DNA of 64,000 bases from assembly GCF_018977255.1 (NCBI RefSeq), contig NW_024704743.1, positions 32,242,001-32,306,000 of the forward strand, in the 5' to 3' direction. Of the stretch, positions 63,017-64,000 are shown one piece after another. Each line of letters opens with the position of its first letter. Position 1 is the stretch's first letter. Origin of the DNA: Callorhinchus milii. Taxonomy: Eukaryota. The notes under the pieces were generated by a model. The model did no database searches. It saw only the letters and a list, made by a program, of their open reading frames with translations, and was not told the DNA's origin. A program made the translations under genes and the position numbers.

Positions 63017-63455
63017 GTGTCAGCCTGGCTCAGTTGCTTGCATTCTCTCACCTTGAGTCAAAAGGTTGTGGGTTCAAGCACCATGACAGGCTCTTTGAGC
63101 TCAAAGTCCAAGCTGGTACTCTAATACAATGCAGGGGTGTACTGTATCGTCAAGAGTGCTGTTGTCCTTTGGATGAGAAGTTAAGCCATCTACCTGTTAA
63201 GATGGATGTTAAAGATTCCATGGCACTATTTGAAAAGAGAAAAGAGAAGGGAGTTTCTCTTGGTCTCCTGGCCAACAGTCCAGATGCAAGTGGTCAACTT
63301 AGTGGTTATTTAAGTTAATGGGACATTGCTGTATGTAAATTGGCTGCTGATTTTGCTTACAAATATAGTCACCAAATTTTTCAGTGAATCCTGAGAAGTG
63401 TTTTAAGACATTCAACAATGTGGTAAGGAGCTATATCAAGTACAAGGATTATTTT
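63017..63455 (+). mobile_element. Deu-domain SINE, near full length
   Basis: gtgtcagcctggctcagttg head, Deu core, ggattattt tail. Other copies or fragments lie near 2085-2190(-), 3745-4075(-), 4097-4255(+), 17420-17566(+), 20220-20500(-), 21845-22130(-), 42520-42775(-), 52380-52870(+) and 56985-57310(+). Confidence 0.82.
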
Positions 63456-64000
63456 ACGAAGTGAGTGTCAACCAAGGACTGTATTGAGCTTGCCTGTGGT
63501 GTTGTTTACCCACCCTTGGACAGATACTCTGCTGCTGCTGCTCACTTTCCAGATTTGCACTTGAAGAATGTGTAATAGAACAAGGTACTTGGCACCAGTG
63601 CAACTGTACTCAAGCATTTGAGTGAGGGAATGCGGAGAGCACACACGGTGGGCAGGGGCAGAGAAAGGACACCTTCTGTGCACAAGGTGCCATTCTTGCA
63701 GCGTAAGAGCCTAAAGCATCACAAGTTTACTACAGTTAATGGTGTGAGATATCAGCTATAGAACACAATGGAGCAGAACTTTATGCAGCATCCTATAAAA
63801 TAGGTCTCTCTGGCTGGCGAACTGTTAAGTTCATGTTTGTAAATATCAAATGAGAACAGAAATGTTGGGCCTGACAGATAATATTGTGGAATTGGTGATC
63901 ATCACACTTACTGCATTTATTTTGGAGAAAAATCATCTGATCTCATCAGATCGGCCTTGACATCTTTTGAGGCTGTTTATGCATCAGTCCTGCCTTTAGG

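Noticed and set aside
3120..63455. Recurring aataatccttgcatttgatatagc motif as a CRISPR-like repeat
   Set aside because: Copies are dispersed, irregularly spaced, degenerate and on both strands, with no cas genes. They are retroposon 3' tails.

Overview
Eukaryotic (vertebrate) genomic DNA, not prokaryotic. The repeat content (Deu-domain tRNA SINEs, CR1 and L2 LINEs with (TTG)n/(TTA)n tails) suggests a cartilaginous fish, possibly a chimaera; this is an inference. The window lies inside one + strand kinesin-3 gene, most similar to KIF13A. Nine GT-AG coding exons (23098-23110, 25971-26031, 37550-37642, 38625-38805, 49060-49147, 50781-50915, 51072-51184, 53132-53243, 55632-55844) splice into one open frame of 1009 nt. 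They encode most of the motor domain (P-loop GQTGSGKS, switch I NEESSRSH, switch II DLAGSER) and the neck. The first exons and everything after the neck lie outside the window. The introns are rich in repeats: one apparently full-length single-ORF L2 LINE (58769-62383, minus strand, TTACA target-site duplication, nested in an older L2-type tail), many truncated L2 and CR1 pieces, two tRNA-headed SINE families sharing one 3' module, several MITEs, and an abundant repeat family I cannot classify. The most notable observations are a 13-nt microexon behind a long AG-free zone, an atypical A-rich splice acceptor, two fold-back structures, the L2 5' promoter-like region and the unclassified repeat family. 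I found no CRISPR array, rRNA, true tRNA gene or prokaryote-type system. Most ORFs in the supplied track are incidental. Repeat boundaries were read by eye and are approximate.
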